Below, piece by piece: positions 11,896-25,183 of a stretch of 64,000 nucleotides of DNA; within the stretch, counting starts at the first letter, position 1, and every line of letters begins with the position of its first letter. The stretch lies in NCBI RefSeq assembly GCF_001194135.2, contig NC_068989.1, forward strand, positions 93,791,311 through 93,855,310, given 5' to 3'. A program made the position numbers and the translations under genes. The notes under the pieces were generated by a model, which was not told the DNA's origin, ran no database searches, and was given only the letters and a program-made list of their open reading frames with translations. This DNA comes from Octopus bimaculoides (Eukaryota).

Positions 11896-12609
11896 CAAAT
11901 ACATGCAAAATAACCAATTTAAGGCATTGATATCGGCTCACAGCTTTAGAATTCTACTTTGTTGTATTCGCTTCGTTGGATTCGCATTAATTCGTTGAAA
12001 TTTATCCAAACTCACGAACTATAACGTAAAATATTTGCTGACGCGCATCAGTTGCAAGTTTTTATGAATATGTATTTACTTATAACTAAAATGTAAGTTT
12101 GTCTTCAGCTAATCGACATAGAAGTTACTGGCAGCCTGTGGCAAAGTTGCCGGTGACATAATCAAATCGTGTTCAATGTTACGTGTGTATTAGATAACAG
12201 GGAAAGTAGAGTTAAACACCGGATACGTTTGATCAGGTGAAAAGATTAACATTAAGTTTTCTCACCAGCAGAAAAATCAAAGGAAACTTTTGTGAGAGAA
12301 ACAACGATATGAAAAGTACATCTAATCGAAGAGAAAATAAAAAAAGTGCACATCTGATTGAATGTATATAATAAAAGATAGAATATTAAGAAACAAATCT
12401 TGTCTCGATTTTTTTTTTTCCTTTCCCCCATTTTTTGAAAAAAAAAAGCCCCGTAAACATTTGCTTTGTGGCATTTCTATCAATGTTTAATATCTCCTTC
12501 TGACAGATGTAGAAGGATAATCAGATAAAATACATTAGAATAATTAAGAATGGATTTTTGTGTCATTTCCTTTCACCTACCTAAGAAAGAAATAAAGGCT
12601 GCAGTAGAG

Positions 12610-12777
12610 GAAGAAGAAGAAGAAGAAGAAGAAGAAGAAGAAGAAGAAGAAGAAGAAGAAGAAGAAGAAGAAGAAGAAGAAGAAGAAGAAGAAGAAGAAG
12701 AAGAAGAAGAAGAAGAAGAAGAAGAAGAAGAAGAAGAAGAAGAAGAAGAAGAAGAAGAAGAAGAAGAAGAAGAAGAA
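12610..12777. repeat. Pure (GAA)n tract, about 56 units
   Basis: Direct reading; explains the poly-E ORF. Confidence 0.98.
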
Positions 12778-15224
12778 ATCTGTGATTTTTTTTTAATAAG
12801 ATTTGATGAAAATAATAAGAAAAGAGAATTTCTATTATTGGTTTTGTATGCTTTTAGATTTCATAGACACAACGCCTATGAAAAGAATAATCCCAATTAT
12901 AAATGGTAGAACGAAAACTAAATAGGAAAAAAATAATAAAATCAAACATTTATTTTATTTTTGAAATGTATAATTTCTCCATTCTTTTCCTTTTTACAAC
13001 TAGCTATGTACTTTAAGTATTTCTTGCGTTGCTTTGTCGCAAATTCTGTTTTAAATATATATTATTCTATTTTCTCTATCGCATATGTTGTGTTTTTGTT
13101 TTTCAGTCTTTCGACATCTCTTTCCCGGGGTTTTTCTGCAGGCCAATTCATCTTTATAAAACTGAAAAAAAAAAAAGACACAAAAGCAATAGAAACTAAA
13201 CAACAACACAAGAATGAATTCTTTATGTTGCAATGAAAACTTCAAGAAGCAATGAATAAATAAACGTTTAGAAAAAAAATTTGCGAATTGCTGCAAGGAG
13301 ATAAGTTTATATTTGCATATTAAATGGATTATCAATAAAATGTATATGATAACAGTGTTTTCTGTTTAGATCTACTAGAAAAAGCGAGATAATCAAACAA
13401 TCTTGTATTTAGATCAAGCAAAACTTGAATAATAACTAGCAGTTTTATATTGAGAAATTAAGAAAAGTTAATGAAACAATTCCTTAATTGAAATAATAGG
13501 CAAAGACAAACAGGCTGAACATATTGTATGTATTAATAGTTGGTATTATATGAGTATTGTTTTGTTCTATGTATCTTATGTTTACAATGCTGCAAACGAA
13601 TACAACCTTGATCTGACATATTCAGAGTTAATACTAATCTCAATGCCCTGACATGGAATAAATTCCTCTTTGTAGAGATATTTAGAATATCACTGGTATA
13701 AATTTCGTAAATGCATAGTTTGTATTGCTAGTTCGCAGAATGAGTAGCAAAGAAGTACATCCATTCGCGTTTATCACTGATTTATTTAACACCTACCTGG
13801 AATAACACGGTAGGCTCTGTAGTTATGTGTTACGCTTATCACGAAGAAATATGTGATAACACGAGTCACTGATCTTCCAAAGATTCTCCTGAAACCACAA
13901 AAGCACACCCCAAAGACCATCCATAATCCTCAGAAGAACTTGGTGGGGCGCTCTTGGAACATAACACGTTTTCTCCTGATCTTCTATTATTTACAACAAT
14001 GCCACGGTGTTTTTTGGAACTAAGCATCCATGGTGAACGGAGTAGGTGGGTGAGTGTGTTGTATTCAAAGACAGTGTGAAATAATACCACACATGAAGGG
14101 AAGTGAATGTAGTCAAATGCTGAGTATGTAGTGAATATGCAAGATTATTCTAGAAATAAAAGCTCCTGTACCATATTAAATGACTTGAAATATTCTTCAG
14201 AAATGCATAAAAACCACTGTTTATCTTTTCTCTTCGTAATATTGGATTTCACGTTTTATTTGCAAATAAATCCGAGACTTCTTACGTATACCAGCTTTCC
14301 TAACAAATCAATATTGGTTTCAAACTTGTGGAACATTTTTATTGACACGATTCTTGCCAATGGAGTTTGTTCCAGACTTTTCTTTTTTGAATCTTACCGG
14401 GAATGTTATTCAGATTAGAACTAAAATTAAATCTGCAAATGACCGTTTGGTTTTCTTTGTTTAGGAGTCAATTAAGGTTACGACTGGTATAATCATTGCA
14501 GAGCTGGATAGAATACCTTGAGATAGTCGTTCTGTAATTCTTCTTTATGAGATCAAATTCTGCGGCAGTCAATTTTGTCATCAATGGCTTCATGCCCGTT
14601 AAGTAAATAATGTATGGAGCTGGCAGCAATGAAATGGGGGCAATGAATAGACAGTGTTGACTAGCAATAAATCTATGTAGATATTTAGATATGCAGTTGG
14701 AGAGTAAAGATTGGTTCATACTTTTTCCCCTTCCTGCATCGTGCTCTTCCATTATGTTGCTCATATTTCTAGGAAAGGCATAAAAGCCACGATATCTCAT
14801 TTCTGTCTCGTCATATTTGTGTTATCTCATTTTATTGTTATATACATCTGAGTCTTTAAGTGTATATTTTAAATAGATATTGATTCATTGAAGATTGCTG
14901 AGGAAATTTATTGCGACGACTTTCGTCCTTGGAATTGCTTCGAGACAGTTTCCTTTCATCTTCATGAAATATCAGTGAATATTCCATGAAATTTGATGAA
15001 CAGATAAAATTCTTTCGAAAGACAAATAAAACAATTACAAACTTTTAAATACTTTTGTGAGATTTATCGTCTGATAGTTTCACTAATGATATCAGGCGAT
15101 GCAATTAATACATACAGCGTTTTTCATTTGATATTCGTTCTTTACTAACTGTCGTACGTCGTATATTGAAATATATTTCACTGCTACAACGAGTTTATGC
15201 AGTGATTATTTATTCTTTTATCTT

Positions 15225-15475
15225 CTATTTGTTTTATTCATTAGACTGCTGCCATGCTGGAGCACCGCTGTGAAGAATTTTTAGTCGAACAAATAAATCC
15301 CAGCACTTTTAAAAATCTGGTACTTATTGTATCGGACTTCTTTGCTGAACCGCTAGATTATGTGGACGTAAGCAAACCAAAAACAGTTCTCGAGACGTGG
15401 TGGAAGACAAACACAAACATAAACACACACATTCATATATATTTATATATACACGAATCTTCTTTCAGTTTCCGC
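15225..15475 (-). mobile_element. SINE family A, head-truncated
   Basis: gccatgctggagcaccgc...ttttagtcgaacaaat...gaaccgctag...tctttcagtttcc. Confidence 0.85.
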
Positions 15476-16003
15476 AGTCTTTCAGAGTTAAGTTAAACAA
15501 ATCAATTCCAGTTAAGGTTAGAATTTATTCTGTCTATTATTTTAGCGGGCTGTTAGGTTACGGGTGCGAAGTCCAACAGAAAGAAGCAGATACACGCTCA
15601 CATATGTGACTGGCTTCCAAGCAGATACTGTGAGCCAAATTCAGTCACAACAAATTAATCGACTCAGGCCTATAATTGATGATAATTCATCACTTTCCCG
15701 TAGTATCCTCAGTCCTCTGCACACTTTCCCGCAGCCAATTTCCAGTCACAAGACATTAGTCCACTCAAAGCTCTAATACTAGTAGTAAAAATACATGTCC
15801 AAGGTAAGGCGCGATCATGGTTTAATGTAATTGCAAATTAATCTTATTAATCAGAAAGCCATACAAATCCCGATGTGTCTGTTTATGATTTTAGTCCAAT
15901 AATTGTTATCAAATGCCAACGAGTACTTGGTATCGTGTGATAAACCTAAGTATTATATTAGGCGTGTCAACTATGTTTGGACACATAATTCTTAAGAGAT
16001 AAG

Positions 16004-16175
16004 AGGCGCAGGCGTGTTTGTGTGGTAAGAAGTTTGCTTTCCGACCACATGATTTGTGGTTCAGTTCCACTGCATGGCACCTTGGGCAAGTGTCTTTTAC
16101 TATAACCTCGGGCCGACCAAAGCTTTGTGAGCGTATTTGGTTGATGGAAACTGAAAGAAGCCCGTCGTATATATT

Positions 16176-16206
<31 letters not shown>

Positions 16207-16415
16207 ATATGTGTCTCTGTTTTTCTTCCTCCACCGTTGGACAACCGGTGCTGGTGTGATTATGTCCCCGTAACTTAGTGGTTCTGCAAAACGGAACCGA
16301 TAAAATAAGTCCCAGTCTTTAAAACCGTAAGTATTGGGGCGATTCGTTTGACTAAAATTCTTGAAGGTGGTGCTCCAGCATGGTAACAGTTAAATGACTG
16401 AAACATGTAATAGAG
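16004..16415 (+). mobile_element. SINE family A, full length
   Basis: aggcgcaggcgtgtttgtgtggtaagaagtttgc...ggttcagttcc...gggcaagtgtc...ggtgctccagcatgg...gactgaaacatgtaa. Confidence 0.93.
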
Positions 16416-16624
16416 AGAAGGAAAAGAAAACATATTACATGATTCAAATATAGATTATTAGCTTGGGGTGCAAATTTCAGCATGTCCCTTCGCCTTGAAG
16501 TAGGCAACAAGACACACATTCTAGTGTAATTCTCCTCCGAAGAAATCTTGATCTTGGCAGGTTTACCAGAAGATTAATCATCATGTGATATCTTAAGCAA
16601 CAGAGAGTGACAAAATGGAATCTT

Positions 16625-16820
16625 TTCTACTCTAGCAAAAAGGCCAGACATTTTGGTGAAAAGGCCAATCGATTAGATCGACTCTAGTACGCTATTGGTA
16701 CTTGATTTATCGATCTCGAAAGGATGAAAGGCAAAGTCAAACACGGCGGAATTTCAACTCCGATGAAACACGGTTAAGCGTTTTGCCCGGAGTGCTAACG
16801 ATTCTGCCAGCTCGCCGCCT
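16625..16820 (-). mobile_element. SINE family B
   Basis: gaaaggatgaaaggcaaagtc...ggcggaatttcaactc...gctaacgattctgccagctcgccgcct. Confidence 0.9.
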
Positions 16821-17411
16821 TCGAGGAGACAAAATAGAATGGAAAACATGATATGAAACAAGCGATGCAGATATTCGAAAAATAGGGAATATAATGAATA
16901 CGCGGGAAATGAGTCTTAAAACTAATTAGAAATATGCAAATGAAAAGAAAACTTAACAAAAGCCCAGAATTAATGAAATAGAGCATTATAGGTGAGAGAA
17001 CATAATTCAACAGAAAATAAATCTCCCAAAGATAGCGGTGTGGTAAATTCTCCGATAGGTGTGACAGTGAGGTAAGTTTCCTTCGCATATACACGGTTCC
17101 TGCAGCTAACAGAAGCCTGTCACACACATATATATGTGAATATACATATGTGTGTGTGTGTGTGTGTCCCTCTCCCACCACGTGATCGCTGTCCGGCCAA
17201 GGCATTGTCGTCCTGTTTCGACCGGCCGTCATCCAGACCGGGCACGCTCGTCTGGACTCCCGCTCGGTGGAAGTGAAATGCGGGTAAAAATTAATGATTT
17301 TTTTAATTAACAATAAATCTATCAGTTAAATGTTCTTTCTAAATTCGCAAAAGAGCCTCGTGGGCCTCCTATCATATCAATACTATATGTGTGTGTATAA
17401 ATGTTTATATA

Positions 17412-17750
17412 TGGTTCAATGTTTGCAGCCTGGGGCTTATAATCGTGAACGTTGTGAGTTCGATTTCAGGACTGGACGGTGTGTTTTGTTCTTGAGCAAG
17501 ACACTTTATTCCACGCTGTTCCAGTTCACTCAGCTGTAGAAATGAGTTTCAACGTCACTGGTGCCAAATTGTATCGGCCCCTTTGTCTTTCCCTTGGATA
17601 ACATCAGTGGTGTGGAGAGGGGAGGCTGGTATGCATGGGTGACTGCTGGTCTTCCATAAACAAACTTGTCCATTTTTGTTCCACAGGGGGGGGGGGATTT
17701 TTTCTAGGGGAAATCCCATGGTCATTCATGACCGATGGGGGTCTTTACCC
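17412..17750 (+). mobile_element. tRNA-derived SINE, family D (C-like head, different tail)
   Basis: B box gagttcgatttc, core gttcttgagcaagacactttattccacg...cagttcactcagctg, tail catggtcattcatgaccgatgggggtctttaccc. Confidence 0.8.
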
Positions 17751-18604
17751 GTAAATTATATATATATATATAAATACATATGTTGTGAAAGCAGACCATT
17801 TTTGAAATATATGTATATATATATATATGAATACGCATAGATATATATGTATACATTTTCATTTGTGTACGCTTGCAAATATGTGTACGTGTGTGTGTGT
17901 TTTAAATATGTTTTGTTAATGTCTGATAAAGGTAACTCTCAGCATCCTCGATATAAAATATTCCAACAGACACAGCATCTCTCACTGAACCTATAAAATC
18001 CAAAACATTTCAACTCTTAAGCCATTATATGTTCCTTTTGAATAGGAGGAGAATCTTTAGAAATGCGAAAGCCGTTATTGAGTAAATATCTTTTTATAAC
18101 AACAGGTTAAGCAAGCCAGTAGTAATATAAAATTATGATTGTGTACAAGAATCGGTAGATGTTGTTGAATGAATTTATAAGATGTTATAGTAATCAGCGT
18201 ATTGTTGATATCTTTCATAGCTTTTAAAATTCGCCAATAAAATATTTTTGTCATCAAAGAGCTTTTGTTAGATTCGAGTTTCTGAAATCAATAGATAGAA
18301 TAGTAAAATTGTTTCATTGCAGTCCTTATCAATAATAATTTCGTTTCATTATAATAAACACAAAAGAACAGAGTAGATTTACACTCAGTATCCTACGTTA
18401 TATTATGGTTTATAATGTTATAGTACTGCCACTGACAACGTGAAGAGGTTTGCGAAGGAGCTCATTGTTAATGCAACGAAATACAAACCGGTGGAATCAA
18501 GGATCGCGCTCAGTTTCAAGAACTAATGGTCCATACATTTAACCTTGAAATGATACGGTTCAAGGCCAGTAGGAAGTGCACTTTAGTGACAATATTAAAC
18601 ATTT

Positions 18605-18995
18605 CGCCATGCTGAGGCAAGGGTTTGAAAGGTTCAATCAAACAGATCGAATCCAGTGCTGAAATTTAAAAAAAATATAATTGATGTTTATTCTTATGGT
18701 CTTTTGCCGAAACGCTAGTTAGGAGGACGTAAACAAATCTGCACAAGTTGTTAATCGAGGGTTTGACAAACACATATGCATATACATATACGTATACACA
18801 CACACACTCGCACATACACACACATTAAATGACGGGCTTCGAAAGAGACTAAGCCTACCAAATTCACTTAAAAAGTTTAGGTTGGTCTTGGGTTATAGGA
18901 GGAGACACTTGCTTAAAATGCTGCACAATCGATTTAAACCCGAAAGCATGTTGATACAAATCAAGTTTCTTAACCACACAACGATCCTTGTGCAC
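18605..18995 (-). mobile_element. Highly diverged SINE family A
   Basis: All modules are recognisable in order: gccatgctg, ggtcttttgccgaaacgctag, gacgggcttc, gacacttgc, cttaaccacac. This explains the ORFs at 18864-19133. Confidence 0.75.
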
Positions 18996-21529
18996 ATTTT
19001 GGAAAAAATACTGAAAATTAGTGTCTCCTCTTTCCATATTAAGGTCAGAATTTCCCACGGACTTACTTTTAAGAAAATTTATGTTACATAATCGAGAATA
19101 ATCACATAAAACGGGGGACACTAGTTTCAGCAATTTAAATCCTCGTTAATTCTTTGGGGATAATGGATTTTGACGTTAATGTTCAGATATAAATATCATA
19201 TGAATAAAATTGTGGAACGTTTGGTAGCTTCCGTTTAGTAATTCTGATTTCATTTATCCAGCGCTGTTTCTGTAATTGTCAACCACACAGTTGTTTCTAA
19301 AAGTCATTGAAGCAAAATTAACCAATATCTCATTATCTCATTTCTGACAGTTTCAGTAATACCCTACAAATACAGACAGCAAACTGCGAATTTCTGCTTC
19401 TGAAACGAAAACAACGTATCGTTTTCTTCTTGTATAATATTTATGTCTGTTTTTCTGTCATATTTAACAAAGAGTTATGTTTACAACATTCACAACATTC
19501 ATGCATCTACATTGAACACACGAGTCTTTCAACAGTTACCTTGTTCAACCGGGATTAATCAATTCCGCTAGAATCTATATTTTCTTGCTCAACTGCCAAA
19601 AGAGTAATCGAAGAACCATTTTCAATTTGTTTTACATTAGAGCAGCAGCTATAATATAAATTGAAATTACTTTGTTTGTAATGTATGAAGTTGTCAAATG
19701 ACCGTTACAACTGATATGAGTCTTCCTATTGTAACGAATTCAAAGCCGAATAGCTAGTTAGGTGAGTAGATATCACGACCCTGCCACAGTAGTATCACGT
19801 GATCGACCGATTAATCGACCAATTAGCGTCAAACTGTCCCGTGAATGAATTTCTAGAACTTTGATTTTGTGCCTATTTAAAGCCACTTTTGTCGCTAATT
19901 CATTGCAAAGTATTGGAAGGTGGCTGAGTGAGAGGCGCCTCCACTCTAGCCAGACAGCCCACGCAGACGGCTAACACAAATTGTAGAATGCTGAAGCAGC
20001 CGCTTTAATGTTTCCACTCCCATGACAGTCATTAATACAGCGTAATTATTTTCCAGTTGTGATTCGCCAGCTACTGATTGATACGTAGCTGTTATATCGC
20101 CGTAAATTCCAGTATTTCCCAGAGATTAATCGCTATTATTTTTCATCCAAAGACCAACAGATAAAACAATAGGTGCAGTAATTAAAACTTCCGTTAATTG
20201 TTTGTGAATGTTGTTAATTATTTTTATGCGCAATCTTAGTAAGAAATTTTCATTCTCCACCAAAACATAAGTACATCCTCAAAACATTGGTGACTCCGAA
20301 CATAATACCTCTTGGTCGGCTAGATAGAGGTCCCCCAAATCTGGCTGGAATCAGAGAACCTAAAAAGCTGGAATATTGCAATGATTCATTCTGAGTTTTG
20401 TGTGGTAAGTATTAGGTTATGAGCTTTGTTCCAAGCCTCTGGTCATTTCTTCAAAGGGATGAATGGAGAAATTAGATGCAGCGAGATTTAAGCTCAGAAT
20501 AGCAAGAACTGAAAAATACCACAATGCATCTTGTTCTTTGTAGTAATGATTCTGTCAACCCACGCCCCCTGGACTGGCAATTTGTGGTATCCGCACTTGA
20601 AGAGTAGATTACTTGGGCTGGTCTTTAATTCAAAATGCAAGCGATAATCTGATTAATTCTTACAGCCTTATGCTATTTGTTATTCACTTCCAAAGTATGA
20701 AACCCAACTCAATCGATATTGAGAGAAAGTTGAACATTAAAATGTAAGGAGACTTAACTCAGTAATATTCTAAATATTGTTAGCTATCGTTCTATGTAGC
20801 AAGTGATTTCCCCGGGACATGTCAAGAGATGAATGTCAGTTTGAACCTAAATTGTTTCCAATCTGTAATTTTTATTCTGTCACACCTACCACATCGATAT
20901 CATCCCTGCGTGTTTGTTCCATTTCACTCACAATAAATAATAATTTTGGGAGTTTCTAAGAGATCGGTTGATATGAGCATAGCAGCATAACATTCTACCA
21001 TCTTTACGAAAACTGATGTACGATATTGTAGCTGAGGTAGATTGTCAGGAAGTAGAGATGGTCACAGTGAAAACGCTTTTGTAAATAAATTTGGTACGAT
21101 TCTGGTAGTGCTCGAGCTAAACAGAATCCATGTATTTGCTTCTAGAAGCAATGATGTAAGTCACACCTTGCGTGAAACAGAAACTAAGCTTGTAAAGAGA
21201 AATTATGCTTGCTATGAAAGGAACCATTTCATTAAAAACTCGTCGTAAAATACGAAATTACTACATTGTCGTATCATATTGAAACTTCTAATATGCATAA
21301 TTAACATAAAGTTTAAGAGAGACAAGCATTTATTATAAGGATAAGTGTACCTAATAACTTCATATTTTCTCGGAATGTTCTTTGAGAAAGGTATGGAAAT
21401 CTCAACCAGAATGTTTCTGCAAATGAAGGCAACCAGGTCAATCAAACATGATTGGGGGTAGGGTCTTTGACGAAATAATGTGAAATATTCCGCAGTGTAC
21501 AAACGTAGATGCGTACGTACATAAGCGCG

Positions 21530-21695
21530 CACACACACACATACATACATACATACATGCATATATATACATATACATTAACATACATACATACATACAT
21601 ACATACATACATACATACATACATACATACATGCATATATATACATATACATTAACATACATACATTAACATACATACATGCATACATACAAATA
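21530..21695. repeat. (CATA)n compound microsatellite with duplicated interruption unit
   Basis: catgcatatatatacatatacattaa occurs twice. Confidence 0.9.
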
Positions 21696-23714
21696 TGTGT
21701 AAGTAAATATGAGTACATCACGTCGCTTAAAGCGTCGTGTATTCATAACAATCGCAGTTCACTGGTGTAAAGACATTTCTAGACACCGCGGTGTTTCAGC
21801 AGCGTTGGGCGAGTTTATAGTCAAAAGCACCGGATCGATGAATCTCACAAGGTGCAAGCTTATGTTTATCGGAATCATCAAACAAACTGTCTGTTGATGT
21901 GTGCACTTATTTGCCAAACAGATGCACATATTTATATGAATGCACGAATGCACATATATTTATATGGGTGTGTTCGTATGGCTTATTTAGCTGCAAATTT
22001 TCTTGAGTAACACGGACGTAGCATTACAACCCCAAAATATATGTACATACTCTATTTCATGTATTGAGTTCTCTTTCTTGTTTGTATCTTCAAGCACACA
22101 CAGATCTCCATAACTGTATGTGTCTGCCTGTATCTATCTATCTGTTTTATCTCTCTTTCGCTGTCACTATCTGTCTATCTATATAATGTTATTCAGGGTA
22201 AATGATATATAAACAGAGTGTATTGATACCTAGTCATTCCTCTGTTTTTCCTTTCTTCTCTTTATTAGACATTGTTATATGTCTTCGGATTATCTTCTTG
22301 TACATCTGCCGTTATTGCCTGATATCGATTTTGATTTTGGCAGATTTACATTACCATTAATCGGCATATAAGAATAGATTTTGCTTATTGACAACTTCAC
22401 TTTCGGGTAATATTACTTTCACTTAGAATGTGTGTTGAAATATCTATATTGTTATAGATTACAGTTCATCAAATGTTATTCTTGCATCACAGTGGTATTT
22501 ATTTGAAATAAGTTTTGGATTTTATCGTTATTGCTATCACCGTATAGATTATTCAACTTTCCTTTTTATGAACCAATAAAGGTATATATTGTATATGAAA
22601 AATTGTACAGAAGCCAAATCTGTTCATGTTTGTGTATAAAACAAGTTTCTGTTTTTTTTTTTTTTTTCTCTTTTTTGTTTTTCTCTCTTTTTCACTTCAT
22701 AAGTAAGTATATGATGCTCGATCGTTTCTGCTAACTGGCATAAATACAATAGATGAAAGGACGTAAAGAACGAAACGAACGCAAAAGCGGGAGAGATAAA
22801 GAGGTTGAAAGATAAAACGAAGCCGGTGACAAAAAGAAACAGAAAGAGATATGATAATGGAGAAAATAAATTTTACGAGTAACTTGAATAACATTCAAAT
22901 GTACAGATAAATGAAGTCGCATATTTATTTTACTTTATATATGCGTTCGTGTGAAATCTTGACAACTTTTAAAACACGTTCATATTTACATTTCAAACGC
23001 ACATAATTTTTTTCTATTTCTTTTTGTGTGTATAAAAAGGATCTCCTACGATAAGTGCTCAGCACTGCTTTTATGTACGAAGAATCCATTCTCTTAAGAA
23101 GGCAGTGAATCACGAGTAGCATTCGCAAAGGATTCACGACTTTGTGTAATAATCCCCAGCATCTTAATCAGATAATGTGCTGTATCTTCTCGAAAATTCT
23201 CTAAAACTCTTACATATAATTACCTGTAGGTAGTTGTACGCAGGAAAGAGTCTCTTGTTGGTTATGGAGGGGAATTAAACTGGAAACCAGGAGGGAAAGA
23301 TGAGTAGTGATCTGGCCACCGCAACTGACTTACAAACGGGACGGTGTTACGTTCCAGGATCGAAATTCAATAATCGATGGATACTGTAATTCTTTCCGAT
23401 CAAAGCTACATTTATCAAACGTGTATGAAGAAGAAGCAGCATCTTTTATATATGATCGATATCTCGGTCAACAACAAAAATGAATGCGCAGTAAACATTA
23501 AGTTAGATCTCACAATCCCCAATTTTGGTAACCTCATAAGTTATCAAAACTTTATATCCTACCAAGTAAGCAAGCACGCCATGTAACCATAATTACTAAG
23601 TAGCATTTACAGAATGGTCAGTACTTTGGCCGGAGCAATATTACATGCTTAGCCTTTGAATAACCCAGTATATCAGAGATAAATTGATTATATTCAAAGA
23701 AGACTGAGAAGTCG

Positions 23715-23767
<53 letters not shown>

Positions 23768-24199
23768 GTTTGATCTACCCATTTTTCTAGTTACGTGCAT
23801 ATACATACACATACGTCATCAGCGGTATGGTCGAGTACAGTCTGGCAGTTGCTATTTCTTTAAACTGCACCTCCACCGTTCCTGGCAAGTTATGCTATCT
23901 CCTGCCAGACTGTCCTTAGTGCCTTTTCCACCTGTGCTTCCGACATCACTTCAATGACAGCCAAAACATCGTGTGCAACAAACAAATCCAACAATGCAAG
24001 TGAACAACCATAAACTACCAAAACGCTCTCTCCACTACTACCAAGTACTACTCTTTATAAGAGTTCGGTTAGTCCATTCTTCCAATCCGCCAGGGGAGTC
24101 AATAATTCTCGATACAACAATATATATCGCAGGACATGGCGGCGATAACATTGCAGGCTGGAAAGAACTCGTCCATGGATTTCCGAAATCTTACCTGCA

Positions 24200-24236
<37 letters not shown>

Positions 24237-24307
24237 TCTCTCCCTCTCTCTCTCTCTCTCCCTCTCTGTCTCTCTCTCTCTGTCTCTCTCTGTCTCTCTC
24301 TCTCTCC

Positions 24308-24350
<43 letters not shown>

Positions 24351-24379
24351 TCTCTCTCACTTTATATATATATTTATAT

Positions 24380-24428
24380 GTGGTGCTCCAGCATGACCGC
24401 AGCTGTATAGCTGAAATGTGTAAAAGAG
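24380..24428 (+). mobile_element. SINE family A tail-only insertion in (TA)n
   Basis: gtggtgctccagcatgaccgcagctgtatagctgaaatgtgtaaaagag. Confidence 0.75.
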
Positions 24429-24771
24429 TATATATATATATTATATATAAGCACGGACACACACACACACACACACATTAGCGTAGTGTCTCAAGCATTG
24501 TAGTTCATTTGAACTTCGTATTTATGCTGGGTTGCAACCTATCAACTTTTATGACACAGGGCATATGAAACAATCGCAACTGTTTGAATCGATTACAAAA
24601 CGGATCGATTGAAATACTGCCTGGAACAAAGTGAGGTGAAAAATTATCGTTAGTAATTCAAGCATTGTAAATGAGTAGTGTAACAGTACCTTCAGTAATG
24701 ATGGAAAATATGTTTATGAATATATATTCATATATACGAATATACAATACATACACACACACACACACATA

Positions 24772-24804
<33 letters not shown>

Positions 24805-25183
24805 NNNNNNNNNNNNNNNNNNNNNNNNNNNNNNNNNNNNNNNNNNNNNNNNNNNNNNNNNNNNNNNNNNNNNNNNNNNNNNNNNNNNNNNNNNNNNNNN
24901 NNNNNNNNNNNNNNNNNNNNNNNNNNNNNNNNNNNNNNNNNNNNNNNNNNNNNNNNNNNNNNNNNNNNNNNNNNNNNNNNNNNNNNNNNNNNNNNNNNNN
25001 NNNNNNNNNNNNNNNNNNNNNNNNNNNNNNNNNNNNNNNNNNNNNNNNNNNNNNNNNNNNNNNNNNNNNNNNNNNNNNNNNNNNNNNNNNNNNNNNNNNN
25101 NNNNNNNNNNNNNNNNNNNNNNNNNNNNNNNNNNNNNNNNNNNNNNNNNNNNNNNNNNNNNNNNNNNNNNNNNNNNNNNNNNN
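24805..25183. other. Assembly gap between (TA)n and a G-rich tract
   Basis: N run. Confidence 0.99.

Noticed and set aside
12550-12909. 119-aa poly-Glu ORF
   Set aside because: Produced by the (GAA)n tract; flanks are low-complexity and no splice or homology support.
13866-14090. 74-aa minus ORF ending SGESLEDQ, faintly like a Tc1/mariner HTH region
   Set aside because: No RSGRP motif, TIR or catalytic segment follows; too weak to call.
14468-14800. 110-aa ORF with LTAAEFDLIKKN, superficially like a globin A helix
   Set aside because: No other globin residues, no splice support; typical chance ORF.
18864-19133. Protein-looking ORFs on both strands
   Set aside because: The DNA is a diverged family A SINE head.
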